A stretch of DNA of 64,000 nt from Eledone cirrhosa (lineage: Eukaryota), in NCBI GenBank assembly GCA_964016885.1, contig OZ024745.1:82150001-82214000 (forward strand). Direction: 5' to 3'. The notes under the pieces were generated by a model. It was given only the letters and a program-made list of their open reading frames with translations, was not told where the DNA came from and did no database searches. Below, one piece after another: positions 1 through 15,299 of this stretch. Within the stretch, counting starts at the first letter, position 1. Every line of letters begins with the position of its first letter. The translations under genes and the position numbers were made by a program.

Positions 1-119
1 CATATTTCCACAAAATTAATAATCCACTCACACCAAATTGATAACGTATTCCCACAAAAATAATAATCCACTCACACCCAATTGATAACATATTCCCACA
101 AAATTAATAATCCACTCAC

Positions 120-560
120 ACCAAATTGATAACATATTACCACAAAATAAATAATCCTCTCACACCAAATTGATAACGTATTCTCAGAATATTAATAAAC
201 CACTCACACCAAATTGATAACTTATTCCCACAAAATTGATAATTCACTCACACGAAATTGATAACATATTCCCATAAAATTTATAATTCACTCGCACCAA
301 ATTGATAACGTATTCCCATAAAATTAATAATTAACGCACACCAAATTGATAACATATTACCACAAAATAAATAATCCTCTCACACCAAATTGATAACGTA
401 TTCTCAGAATATTAATAAACCACTCACACCAAATTGATAACTTATTCCCACAAAATTGATAATTCACTCACACGAAATTGATAACATATTCCCATAAAAT
501 TTATAATTCACTCGCACCAAATTGATAACGTATTCCCACAAAATTAATAATTCACTCACA
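120..560 (+). repeat. 5-monomer (220-bp) tandem duplication
   Basis: Marker AACATATTACCACAAAATAAATAATCCTCT at 131 and 351 (offset 220); the same doubled 5-mer recurs at 9151/9371 and ~11175/11395. Confidence 0.85.
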
Positions 561-1319
561 CGAAATTGATAACGTATTCCCATAAAATTGATAATTCACT
601 CGCACCAAATTGATAACATATTCCCACAAAATTGATAATGCTCTCACACTAAATTGATAACATATTCCCACGAAATTGATTATTCACTCACATCAAATTC
701 ATAAGATATTTCCACAAAATTAATAATCCACGCCCACCAAATTGATAACATATTCCCACAAAATTGGTAATTCACTCACACCAAATTGAGAACATATTCC
801 CACAAAACTGATAATCCACTCACACCAAATTGATAACATATTCCCACAAAATTAATAATCCACTCACACCAAATTGATAAAGTATTCTCACAAAATTGAT
901 AATTCACTCACACGAAATTGATAACATATTACCACAAAATTGATAATTCACTCACACCAAATTAAGAACTTATTCCCATAAAATTAATAATTCACTCACA
1001 CCAAATTGATAACATATTCCCACAAAATTAATAATCCACTCACACCAAATTGATAACATATTACCACAAAATTAATAATCTTCTCACACCAAATTGATAA
1101 CGTATTCTCAGAATATTAATAAACCACTCACACCAAATTGATAACTTATTCCCACAAAATTGATAATTCACTCACACGAAATTGATAACATATTCCCACA
1201 AAATTGATAATTCACTCATACGAAATTGATAACACATTCCCATTAAACTGATAATTCACTCGCACTAAATTGATAACATATTCCCACAAAATTGATAATG
1301 CTCTCACACCAAATTGATA

Positions 1320-2640
1320 ACATATTCCCACAAAATTAATAATTCACTCACACCAAATTGAGAACTTATTCCCATAAAATTAATATTTCACACACACCAA
1401 ATTGATAGCATATTCCCACAAAATTAATAATCGACTCACAGCAAATTGATAACATATTCCCACAAAATTAATAATCCACTCAAACCAAATTGATAACATA
1501 TTCCCACAAAATTTATAATTCACTCACACCAAATTGATAACATATTCCCGCAAAATTAATAATTCACTCACACCAAATTGATAACATATTCCCACAAAAT
1601 TGATTATTCACTCATAGCAATTTGATAACATATTCCCACAAAATTAATAATTCACTCATACCAAATTGATAACATATTCCCACAAAATTGATTATTCACT
1701 CTTACCAAATTGATAACACATTCCCATTAAACTGATAATTCACTCGCACTAAATTGATAACATATTCCCACAAAATTGATAATGCTCTCACACCAAATTG
1801 ATAACATATTCCCACAAAATTAATAATTCACTCACACCAAATTGATAACTTATTCCCACAAAATTGATAATTCACTCACTCCAAATTGATAACGTATTCT
1901 CAGAATATTAATAAACCACTCACAACAAATTGATAACTTATTCCCACAAAATTGATAATTCACTCACACGAAATTGATAACATATTCCCACAAAATTAAT
2001 AATTCACTCACACCAAATTGAGAACTTATTCCCATAAAATTAATAATTCACACACACCAAATTGATAGCATATTCCCACAAAATTAACAATCGACTCACA
2101 GCAAATTGATAACATATTCCCACAAAATTAATAATCCACTCAAACCAAATTGATAACGTATTCCCACAAAATTAATAATCTACTCACACCAAATTGATAA
2201 CATATTCCCACAAAATTTATAATTCACTCACACCAAATTGATAACATATTCCTACAAAATTGATTATTCACTCATAGCAATTTGATAACATATTCCCACA
2301 AAATTAATAATTCACTCATACCAAATTGATAACATATTCCCACAAAATTGATTATTCACTCTTACCAAATTGATAACACATTCCCATTAAACTGATAATT
2401 CACTCGCACTAAATTGATAACATATTCCCACAAAATTGATAATGCTCTCACACCAAATTGATAACATATTCCCACAAAATTAATAATTCACTCACACCAA
2501 ATTGATAACTTATTCCCACAAAATTGATAATTCACTCACTCCAAATTGATAACGTATTCTCAGAATATTAATAAACCACTCACAACAAATTGATAACTTA
2601 TTCCCACAAAATTGATAATTCACTCACACGAAATTGATAA
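1320..2640 (+). repeat. 15-monomer (660-bp) tandem duplication, imperfect
   Basis: Markers ATTGATAGCA 1401/2061, TGATTATTCACTCATAGCAA 1601/2261, TTCACTCACTCC 1871/2531, all offset 660; copies differ around 1500-1560 vs 2160-2220. Confidence 0.85.
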
Positions 2641-5600
2641 CATATTCCCACAAAATTGATAATTCACTCATACGAAATTGATAACACATTCCCATTAAAC
2701 TGATAATTCACTCGCACTAAATTGATAACATATTCCCACAAAATTGATAATGCTCTCACACCAAATTGATAACATATTCCCACAAAATTAATAATTCACT
2801 CACACCAAATTGATAACTTATTCCCACAAAATTGATAATTCACACACACCAAATTGATAGCATATTCCCACAAAATTAATAATCGACTCACAGCAAATTG
2901 ATAACATATTCCCACAAAATTAATAATCCACTCAAACCAAATTGATAACGTATTCCCACAAAATTGATAATTCACTCACACCAAACTGATAAAATATTCC
3001 CACAAAATTAATAATCGACTCACAGCAAATTGATAACATATCCCCACAAAATTAATAATCCACTCACACCAAATTGATAACGTATTCCCACAAAATTAAT
3101 AATCCACTCACACCAAATTGATAACATATTCCCACAAAATTGATAATTCACTCACACCAAATTGATAACATATTACCACAAAATTAATAATCCTCTCACA
3201 ACAAATTGATAACGTATTCCCAGAAAATTAATAATCCACTCACACCAAATTGAAAACTTATTCCCACAAAATTGATAATTCACTCACACGAAATTAATAA
3301 CATATTCCCACAAAATTGATAATTCACTCACACTAAACTGATAACATATCCCCACAAAATTAATAATCCACTCACACCAAATTGATAACGTATTCCCACA
3401 AAATTAATGATCCACTCACACCAAATTGATAACATATTCCCACAAAATTGATAATTCACTCACACCAAATTGATAACATATTCCCAGAAAATTAATAATT
3501 TACTCACACCAAATTGCTAACATATTCCCAGAAAATTAGTAATTCACTCACACGAAATTGATAACATATTTCCACAAAATTAATAATCCACTCACACCAA
3601 ATTGATAACGTATTCCCACAAAAATAATAATCCACTCACACCCAATTGATAACTTATTTCCAGAAAATTAATAATCCACTCACATCAAATTGATAACATA
3701 TTCCCACAAAATTGATAATACACTCACACCAAATTGATAACTTATTCCCATAAAATTAATAATTCACTCACACCAAATGGATAACATATTCCCACAAAAT
3801 TAATAATCCACTCACACCAAATTGATAACATATTACCACAAAATAAATAATCCTCTCACACCAAATTGATAACGTATTCTCAGAATATTAATAAACCACT
3901 CACACCAAATTGATAACTTATTCCCACAAAATTGATAATTCACTCACACGAAATTGATAACATATTCCCATAAAATTTATAATTCACTCGCACCAAATTG
4001 ATAACGTATTCCCACAAAATTAATAATTCACTCACACGAAATTGATAACGTATTCCCATAAAATTGATAATTCACTCGCAACAAATTGATAACATATTCC
4101 CACAAAATTGATAATGCTCTCACACTAAATTGATAACATATTCCCACGAAATTGATAATTCGCTGACACCATATTGATAACATATTCCCACAAAATTGAT
4201 TATTCACTCACATCAAATTCATAAGATATTTCCACAAAATTAATAATCCACGCCCACCAAATTGATAACATATTCCCACAAAATTGGTAATTCACTCACA
4301 CCAAATTGAGAACATATTCCCACAAAACTGATAATCCACTCAAACCAAATTGATAACATATTCCCACAAAATTAATAATCCACTCACACCAAATTGATAA
4401 AGTATTCTCACAAAATTGATAATTCACTCACACGAAATTGATAACATATTACCACAAAATTGATAATTCACTCACACCAAATTGATAACATATTACCACA
4501 AAATTAATAATCGACTCACAGCAAATTGATAACATATTCCCACAAAATTAATAATCCACTCACACCAAATCTATAACGTATTCCCAGAAAATTAATAATC
4601 CACTCACACCAAATTGATAACATATTCCCACAAAATTCCTAATTCACTCACACCAAATTAAGAACTTATTCCCATAAAATTAATAATTCACTCACACCAA
4701 ATTGATAACATATTCCCACAAAATTGATAATGCTCTCACACCAAATTGATAACATATTCCCACAAAATTAATAATTCACTCACACCAAATTGATAACGTA
4801 TTCTCAGAATATTAATAAACCACTCACAACAAATTGATAACTTATTCCCACAAAATTGATAATTCACTCACACGAAATTGATAACATATTCCCACAAAAT
4901 TGATAATTCACTCATACGAAATTGATAACACATTCCCATTAAACTGATAATTCACTCGCACTAAATTGATAACATATTCCCACAAAATTGATAATGCTCT
5001 CACACCAAATTGATAACATATTCCCACAAAATTAATAATTCACTCACACCAAATTGATAACTTATTCCCACAAAATTGATAATTCACACACACCAAATTG
5101 ATAGCATATTCCCACAAAATTAATAATCGACTCACAGCAAATTGATAACATATTCCCACAAAATTAATAATCCACTCAAACCAAATTGATAACGTATTCC
5201 CACAAAATTGATAATTCACTCACACCAAACTGATAAAATATTCCCACAAAATTAATAATCGACTCACAGCAAATTGATAACATATCCCCACAAAATTAAT
5301 AATCCACTCACACCAAATTGATAACGTATTCCCACAAAATTAATAATCCACTCACACCAAATTGATAACATATTCCCACAAAATTGATAATTCACTCACA
5401 CCAAATTGATAACATATTACCACAAAATTAATAATCCTCTCACAACAAATTGATAACGTATTCCCAGAAAATTAATAATCCACTCACACCAAATTGAAAA
5501 CTTATTCCCACAAAATTGATAATTCACTCACACGAAATTAATAACATATTCCCACAAAATTGATAATTCACTCACACCAAACTGATAACATATCCCCACA

Positions 5601-6830
5601 AAATTAATAATCCACTCACACCAAATTGATAACGTATTCCCACAAAATTAATAATCCACTCACACCAAATTGATAACATATTCCCACAAAATTGATAATT
5701 CACTCACACCAAATTGATAACATATTCCCAGAAAATTAATAATTCACTCACACCAAATTGCTAACATATTCCCAGAAAATCAGTAATTCACTCACACGAA
5801 ATTGATAACATATTTCCACAAAATTAATAATCCACTCACACCAAATTGATAACGTATTCCCACAAAAATAATAATCCACTCACACCCAATTGATAACTTA
5901 TTTCCAGAAAATTAATAATCCACTCACACCAAATTGATAACATATTCCCACAAAATTGATAATACACTCACACCAAATTGATAACTTATTCCCATAAAAT
6001 TAATAATTCACTCACACCAAATTGATAACTTATTCCCACAAAATTAATAATCCACTCACACCAAATTGATAACATATTACCACAAAATAAATAATCCTCT
6101 CACACCAAATTGATAACGTATTCTCAGAATATTAATAAACCACTCACACCAAATTGATAACTTATTCCCACAAAATTGATAATTCACTCACACGAAATTG
6201 ATAACATATTCCCATAAAATTTATAATTCACTCGCACCAAATTGATAACGTATTCCCACAAAATTAATAATTCACTCACACGAAATTGATAACGTATTCC
6301 CATAAAATTGATAATTCACTCGCACCAAATTGATAACATATTCCCACAAAATTGATAATGCTCTCACACTAAATTGATAACATATTCCCACGAAATTGAT
6401 AATTCGCTGACACCATATTGATAACATATTCCCACAAAATTGATTATTCACTCACATCAAATTCATAAGATATTTCCACAAAATTAATAATCCACGCCCA
6501 CCAAATTGATAACATATTCCCACAAAATTGGTAATTCACTCACACCAAATTGAGAACATATTCCCACAAAACTGATAATCCACTCAAACCAAATTGATAA
6601 CATATTCCCACAAAATTAATAATCCACTCACACCAAATTGATAAAGTATTCTCACAAAATTGATAATTCACTCACACGAAATTGATAACATATTACCACA
6701 AAATTGATAATTCACTCACACCAAATTGATAACATATTACCACAAAATTAATAATCGACTCACAGCAAATTGATAACATATTCCCACAAAATTAATAATC
6801 CACTCACACCAAATTTATAACGTATTCCCA
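2541..6830 (+). repeat. 51-monomer (2244-bp period) tandem duplication
   Basis: Markers CACAAC 2581/4825, TGAAAACTTA 3251/5495, AAATTGCTAA 3511/5755, CGCTGACACCATA 4161/6405, all offset 2244 = 51 x 44. Confidence 0.88.
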
Positions 6831-8629
6831 CAAAATTAATAATCCACTCACACCCAATTGATAACTTATTCCCAGAAAATTAATAATCCACTCACACCAA
6901 ATTGATAACATATTACCACAAAATTCATAATTCACTCACACCAAATAAAGAACTTATTCCCATAAAATTAATAATTCACTCACACCAAATTGATAACATA
7001 TTCCCACAAAATTAATAATCCACTCACACCAAATTGATAACATATTACCACAAAATTAATAATCTTCTCACACCAAATTGATAACGTATTCTCAGAATAT
7101 TAATAAACCACTCACACCAAATTGATAACTTATTCCCACAAAATTGATAATTCACTCACACGAAATTGATAACATATTCCCACAAAATTGATAATTCACT
7201 CATACGAAATTGATAACACATTCCCATTAAACTGATAATTCACTCGCACTAAATTGATAACATATTCCCACAAAATTGATAATGCTCTCACACCAAATTG
7301 ATAACATATTCCCACAAAATTAATAATTCACTCACACCAAATTGAGAACTTATTCCCATAAAATTAATAATTCACACACACCAAATTGATAGCATATTCC
7401 CACAAAATTGATAATCCACTCAAACCAAATTGATAACGTATTCCCACAAAATTAATAATCCACTCACACCAAATTGATAACATATTCCCACAAAATTTAT
7501 AATTCACTCACACCAAATTGATAACATATTCCCACAAAATTAATAATTCACTCACACCAAATTGATAACATATTCCCACAAAATTGATTATTCACTCATA
7601 GCAATTTGATAACATATTCCCACAAAATTAATAATTCACTCACACCAAATTGATAACATATCCCCACAAAATTAATAATCCACTCACACCAAATTGATAA
7701 CGTATTCCCAGAATATTAATAATCCACTGACACCAAATTCATAACTTATTCCCACAAAATTGATAATTCAGTCACACGAAATTGATAACACATTCCCACA
7801 AAATTGATAATTCACTCATACCAAATTGATAACATATTCCCACAAAATTGATTATTCACTCTTACCAAATTGATAACACATTCCCATTAAACTGATAATT
7901 CACTCGCACTAAATTGATAACATATTCCTACAAAATTGATAATGCTCTCACACCAAATTGATAACATATTCCCACAAAATTAATAATTTACTCACACCAA
8001 ATTGATAACTTATTCCCACAAAATTGATAATTCACTCACTCCAAATTGATAACGTATTCTCAGAATATTAATAAACCACTCACAACAAATTGATAACTTA
8101 TTCCCACAAAATTGATAATTCACTCACACGAAATTGATAACATATTCCCACAAAATTGATAATTCACTCATACGAAATTGATAACACATTCCCATTAAAC
8201 TGATAATTCACTCGCACTAAATTGATAACATATTCCCACAAAATTGATAATGCTCTCACACCAAATTGATAACATATTCCCACAAAATTAATAATTCACT
8301 CACACCAAATTGATAACTTATTCCCACAAAATTGATAATTCACTCACACCAAACTGATAAAATATTCCCACAAAATTAATAATCGAATCACAGCAAATTG
8401 ATAACATATCCCCACAAAATTAATAATCCACTCACACCAAATTGATAACGTATTCCCACAAAATTAATAATCCACTCACACCAAATTGATAACATATTCC
8501 CACAAAATTGATAATTCACTCACACCAAATTGATAACATATTACCACAAAATTAATAATCCTCTCACAACAAATTGATAACGTATTCCCAGAAAATTAAT
8601 AATCCACTCACACCAAATTGAAAACTTAT

Positions 8630-11600
8630 TCCCACAAAATTGATAATTCACTCACACGAAATTAATAACATATTCCCACAAAATTGATAATTCACTCACA
8701 CCAAACTGATAAAATATTCCCACAAAATTAATAATCGACTCACAGCAAATTGATAACATATCCCCACAAAATTAATAATCCACTCACACCAAATTGATAA
8801 CGTATTCCCACAAAATTAATAATCCACTCACACCAAATTGATAACATATTCCCACAAAATTGATAATTCACTCACACCAAATTGATAACATATTTCCACA
8901 AAATTAATAATCCACTCACACCAAATTGATAACGTATTCCCACAAAAATAATAATCCACTCACACCCAATTGATAACTTATTTCCAGAAAATTAATAATC
9001 CACTCACACCAAATTGATAACATATTCCCACAAAATTGATAATACACTCACACCAAATTGATAACTTATTCCCATAAAATTAATAATTCACTCACACCAA
9101 ATTGATAACATATTCCCACAAAATTAATAATCCACTCACACCAAATTGATAACATATTACCACAAAATAAATAATCCTCTCACACCAAATTGATAACGTA
9201 TTCTCAGAATATTAATAAACCACTCACACCAAATTGATAACTTATTCCCACAAAATTGATAATTCACTCACACGAAATTGATAACATATTCCCATAAAAT
9301 TTATAATTCACTCGCACCAAATTGATAACGTATTCCCACAAAATTAATAATTAACGCACACCAAATTGATAACATATTACCACAAAATAAATAATCCTCT
9401 CACACCAAATTGATAACGTATTCTCAGAATATTAATAAACCACTCACACCAAATTGATAACTTATTCCCACAAAATTGATAATTCACTCACACGAAATTG
9501 ATAACATATTCCCATAAAATTTATAATTCACACGCACCAAATTGATAACGTATTCCCACAAAATTAATAATTCACTCACACGAAATTGATAACGTATTCC
9601 CATAAAATTGATAATTCACTCGCACCAAATTGATAACATATTCCCACAAAATTGATAATGCTCTCACACTAAATTGATAACATATTCCCACGAAATTGAT
9701 AATTCGCTGACACCATATTGATAACATATTCCCACAAAGTTGATTATTCACTCACATCAAATTCATAAGATATTTCCACAAAATTAATAATCCACGCCCA
9801 CCAAATTGATAACATATTCCCACAAAACTGATAATCCACTCACACCAAATTGATAACATATTCCCACAAAATTAATAATCCACTCACACCAAATTGATAA
9901 AGTATTCTCACAAAATTGATAATTCACTCACACGAAATTGATAACATATTACCACAAAATTGATAATTCACTCACACCAAATTGATAACATATTCCCACA
10001 AAATTAATAATCGACTCACAGCAAATTGAGAACATATTCCCACAAAATTAATAATCCACTCACACCAAATTTATAACGTATTCCCACAAAATTAATAATC
10101 CACTCACACCAAATTGATAACATATTCCCACAAAATTGATAATTCACTCACACCAAGTTGATAACATATTCCCACAATATTAATAATTCACTAACACCAA
10201 ATTGATAACATATTCCCACAAAATTGATTATTCACTCATACCAATTTGATAACATATTTTCACAAAATTAATAATCCACTCACACCAAATTGATAACATA
10301 TTCCCACAAAATTAATAATCCACTCACACCAAATTGATAACATATTCCCATTAAACTGATAATTCAATCACACACAATTGATAACTGATTTCCACAAAAT
10401 TAATAATTCACTCACACGAAATTGATAACATATTCTCACAAAATTAATAATCCACTCACATCAAATTGATAACATATTCCCACAAAATTAATAATCCACT
10501 CACACCCAATTGATAACTTATTCCCAGAAAATTAATAATCCACTCACACCAAATTGATAACATATTCCCACAAAATAAATAATCCTCTCACACTAAATTG
10601 ATAACGTATTCTCAGAATATTGATAAACCACTCACACCAAATTGATAACTTATTCCCACAAAATTGATAATTCACTCACACGAAATTAATAACATATTCC
10701 CACAAAATTGATAATTCACTCACACCAAACTGATAAAATATTCCCACAAAATTAATAATCGACTCACAGCAAATTGATAACATATCCCCACAAAATTAAT
10801 AATCCACTCACACCAAATTGATAACGTATTCCCACAAAATTAATAATCCACTCACACCAAATTGATAACATATTCCCACAAAATTGATAATTCACTCACA
10901 CCAAATTGATAACATATTTCCACAAAATTAATAATCCACTCACACCAAATTGATAACGTATTCCCACAAAAATAATAATCCACTCACACCCAATTGATAA
11001 CTTATTTCCAGAAAATTAATAATCCACTCACACCAAATTGATAACATATTCCCACAAAATTGATAATACACTCACACCAAATTGATAACTTATTCCCATA
11101 AAATTAATAATTCACTCACACCAAATTGATAACATATTCCCACAAAATTAATAATCCACTCACACCAAATTGATAACATATTACCACAAAATAAATAATC
11201 CTCTCACACCAAATTGATAACGTATTCTCAGAATATTAATAAACCACTCACACCAAATTGATAACTTATTCCCACAAAATTGATAATTCACTCACACGAA
11301 ATTGATAACATATTCCCATAAAATTTATAATTCACTCGCACCAAATTGATAACGTATTCCCACAAAATTAATAATTAACGCACACCAAATTGATAACATA
11401 TTACCACAAAATAAATAATCCTCTCACACCAAATTGATAACGTATTCTCAGAATATTAATAAACCACTCACACCAAATTGATAACTTATTCCCACAAAAT
11501 TGATAATTCACTGACACGAAATTGATAACATATTCCCATAAAATTTATAATTCACACGCACCAAATTGATAACGTATTCCCACAAAATTAATAATTCACT

Positions 11601-13140
11601 CACACGAAATTGATAACGTATTCCCATAAAATTGATAATTCACTCGCACCAAATTGATAACGTATTCCCACAAAATTAATAATTCACTCACACTAAATTG
11701 ATAACATATTCCCACGAAATTGATAATTCGCTGACACCATATTGATAACATAGTCCCACAAAATTGATTATTCACTCACATCAAATTCATAAGATATTTC
11801 CACAAAATTAATAATCCACGCCCACCAAATTGATAACATATTCCCACAAAATTGGTAATTAACTCACACCAAATTGAGAAGATATTCCCACAAAACTGAT
11901 AATCCACTCACACCAAATTGATAACATATTCCCACAAAATTAATAATCCACTCACACCAAATTGATAAAGTATTCTCACAAAATTGATAATTCACTCACA
12001 CGAAATTGATAACATATTACCACAAAATTGATAATTCACTAGCACCAAATTGATAACATATTCCCACAAAATTAATAATTCACTCACACTAAATTGATAA
12101 CATATTCCCACGAAATTGATAATTCGCTGACACCATATTGATAACATAGTCCCACAAAATTGATTATTCACTCACATCAAATTCATAAGATATTTCCACA
12201 AAATTAATAATCCACGCCCACCAAATTGATAACATATTCCCACAAAATTGGTAATTCACTCACACCAAATTGAGAAGATATTCCCACAAAACTGATAATC
12301 CACTCACACCAAATTGATAACATATTCCCACAAAATTAATAATCCACTCACACCAAATTGATAAAGTATTCTCACAAAATTGATAATTCACTCACACGAA
12401 ATTGATAACATATTACCACAAAATTGATAATTTACTCACACCAAATTGATAACATATTCCCACAAAATTAATAATCGACTCACAGCAAATTGAGAACATA
12501 TTCCCACAAAATTAATAATCCACTCACACCAAATTTATAACGTATTCCCACAAAATTAATAATCCACTCACACCAAATTGATAACATATTCCCACAAAAT
12601 TGATAATTCACTCACACCAAGTTGATAACATATTCCCACAATATTAATAATTCACTAACACCAAATTGATAACATATTCCCACAAAATTGATTATTCACT
12701 CATACCAATTTGATAACATATTTTCACAAAATTAATAATCCACTCACACCAAATTGATAACATATTCCCACAAAATTAATAATCCACTCACACCAAATTG
12801 ATAACATATTCCCATTAAACTGATAATTCAATCACACACAATTGATAACTGATTTCCACAAAATTAATAATTCACTCACACGAAATTGATAACATATTCT
12901 CACAAAATTAATAATCCACTCACATCAAATTGATAACATATTCCCACAAAATTAATAATCCACTCACACCCAATTGATAACTTATTCCCAGAAAATTAAT
13001 AATCCACTCACACCAAATTGATAACATATTCCCACAAAATAAATAATCCTCTCACACTAAATTGATAACGTATTCTCAGAATATTAATAAACCACTCACA
13101 CCAAATTGATAACTTATTCCCACAAAATTGATAATTCACT
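8630..13140 (+). repeat. 46-monomer (2024-bp) tandem duplication whose second copy carries an internal 9-monomer (396-bp) duplication
   Basis: CGAAATTAAT 8657/10681 and TTAACGCAC 9351/11375 (offset 2024); TAGTCCCACA 11751/12147 (offset 396); downstream offset grows to 2464 = 56 x 44 (CACCAAGTTG 10151/12615). Confidence 0.85.
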
Positions 13141-15299
13141 CACACGAAATTGATAACATATTACCACAAAATTGATAATTCACTCATACGAAATTGATAA
13201 CATATTCCCACAAAATTAATAATCCACTCACACCAAATTGATAACATATTCCCACAAAATTAATAATTCACTCACACCAAATTCATAACATATTCCCACA
13301 AAATTGATTATTCACTCTTACCAAATTGAAAACACATTCCCATTAAACTGATAATTCACTCGCACTAAATTGATAACATATTCCCACAAAATTGATAATG
13401 CTCTCACACCAAATTGATAACATATTCCCACAAAATTGATAATTCACTGACACCATATTGATAACATATTCCCACAAAATTGATAATTCACTCACATCAA
13501 ATTCATAAGATATTTCCACAAAATTAATAATCCACGCCCACCAAATTGATAACATATTCCCACAAAATTGGTAATTCACTCACAGCAAATTGAGAACATA
13601 TTCCCACAAAACTGATAATCCACTCACACCAAATTGATAACATATTCCCACAAAATTAATAATCCACTCACACCAAATTGATAACGTATTCTCCCAAAAT
13701 TGATAATTCACTCACACGAAATTGATAACATATTACCACAAAATTGATAATTCATTCACACCAAATTGATAACATATTCCCACAAAATTAATAATCGACT
13801 CACAGCAAATTGATAACATATTCCCACAAAATTAATAATCCACTCACACCAAATTGATAACGTATTCCCACAAAATTAATAATCCACTCACACCAAATTG
13901 ATAACATATTCCCACAAAATTGATAATTCACTCACACCAATTGATAACATATTCCCACAAAATTAATAATTCACTCACACCAAATTGATAACATATTCCC
14001 ACAAAATTGATTATTCACTCATACCAATTTGATAACATATTCCAACAAAGTTAATAATTCACTCACACCAAATTGATAACATATTCCCATAAAATTTATA
14101 ATTCACTCGCAACAAATTGATAACGTATTCCCACAAAATTAATAATTAACGCACACCAAGTTGATAACATATTCCCACAAAATTAATAATCCACTCACAC
14201 CAAATTGATAACATATTCCCACAAAATTAATAATCCACTCACACCAAATTGATAACATATTCCCACAAAATTAATAATCCACTCACACCATATTGATTTA
14301 CATATTCCCATTAAAGTGATAATTCAATCACACACAATTGATAACTGATTTCCACAAAATTAATAATTTACTCACACGAAATTGATAACATATTCTCACA
14401 AAATTAATAATCCACTCACATGAAATTGATAACATATTCCCACAAAATTAATAATCCACTCACACCCAATTGATAACTTATTCCCAGAAAATTAATAATC
14501 CACTCACACCAAATTGATAACATATTCCCACAAAATTGATAATTCACTCACACCAAATTGATAACTTATTCCCATTAAATTAATAATTCACTCACACCAA
14601 ATTGATAACATATTCCCACAAAATTAATAATCCACTCACACCAAATTGATAACATATTACCACAAAATTAATAATCCTCTCACACCAAATTGATAACGTA
14701 TTCTCAGAATATTAATAAACCACTCACACCAAATTGATAACTTATTCCCACAAAATTGATAATTCACTCACACGAAATTGATAACATATTCCCACAAAAT
14801 TGATAATTCACTCATACGAAATTGATAACATATTCCTACAAAATTAATAATCCACTCACACCAAATTGATAACGTATTCCCACAAAATTAATAATCCACT
14901 CACACCAAATTGATAACATATTCCTACCAATTAATAATTCACTCACACCAAACTGATAACATATTCCCACAAAATTGATTATTCACTCTTACCAAATTGA
15001 TAACACATTCCCATTAAACTGATAATTCACTCGCACGAAATTGATAACATATTCCAACAAAATTGATAATGCTCTCACACCAAATTGATAACATATTCCC
15101 ACAAAATTAATAATTCACTCACACCAAATTGATAACTTATTCCCACAAAATTGATAATTCATTCACACCAAATTGATAACATATTCCCACAAAATTAATA
15201 ATCGACTCACAGCAAATTGATAACATATTCCCACAAAATTAATAATCCACTCACACCAAATTGATAACGTATTCCCACAAAATTTATAATCCACTCACA

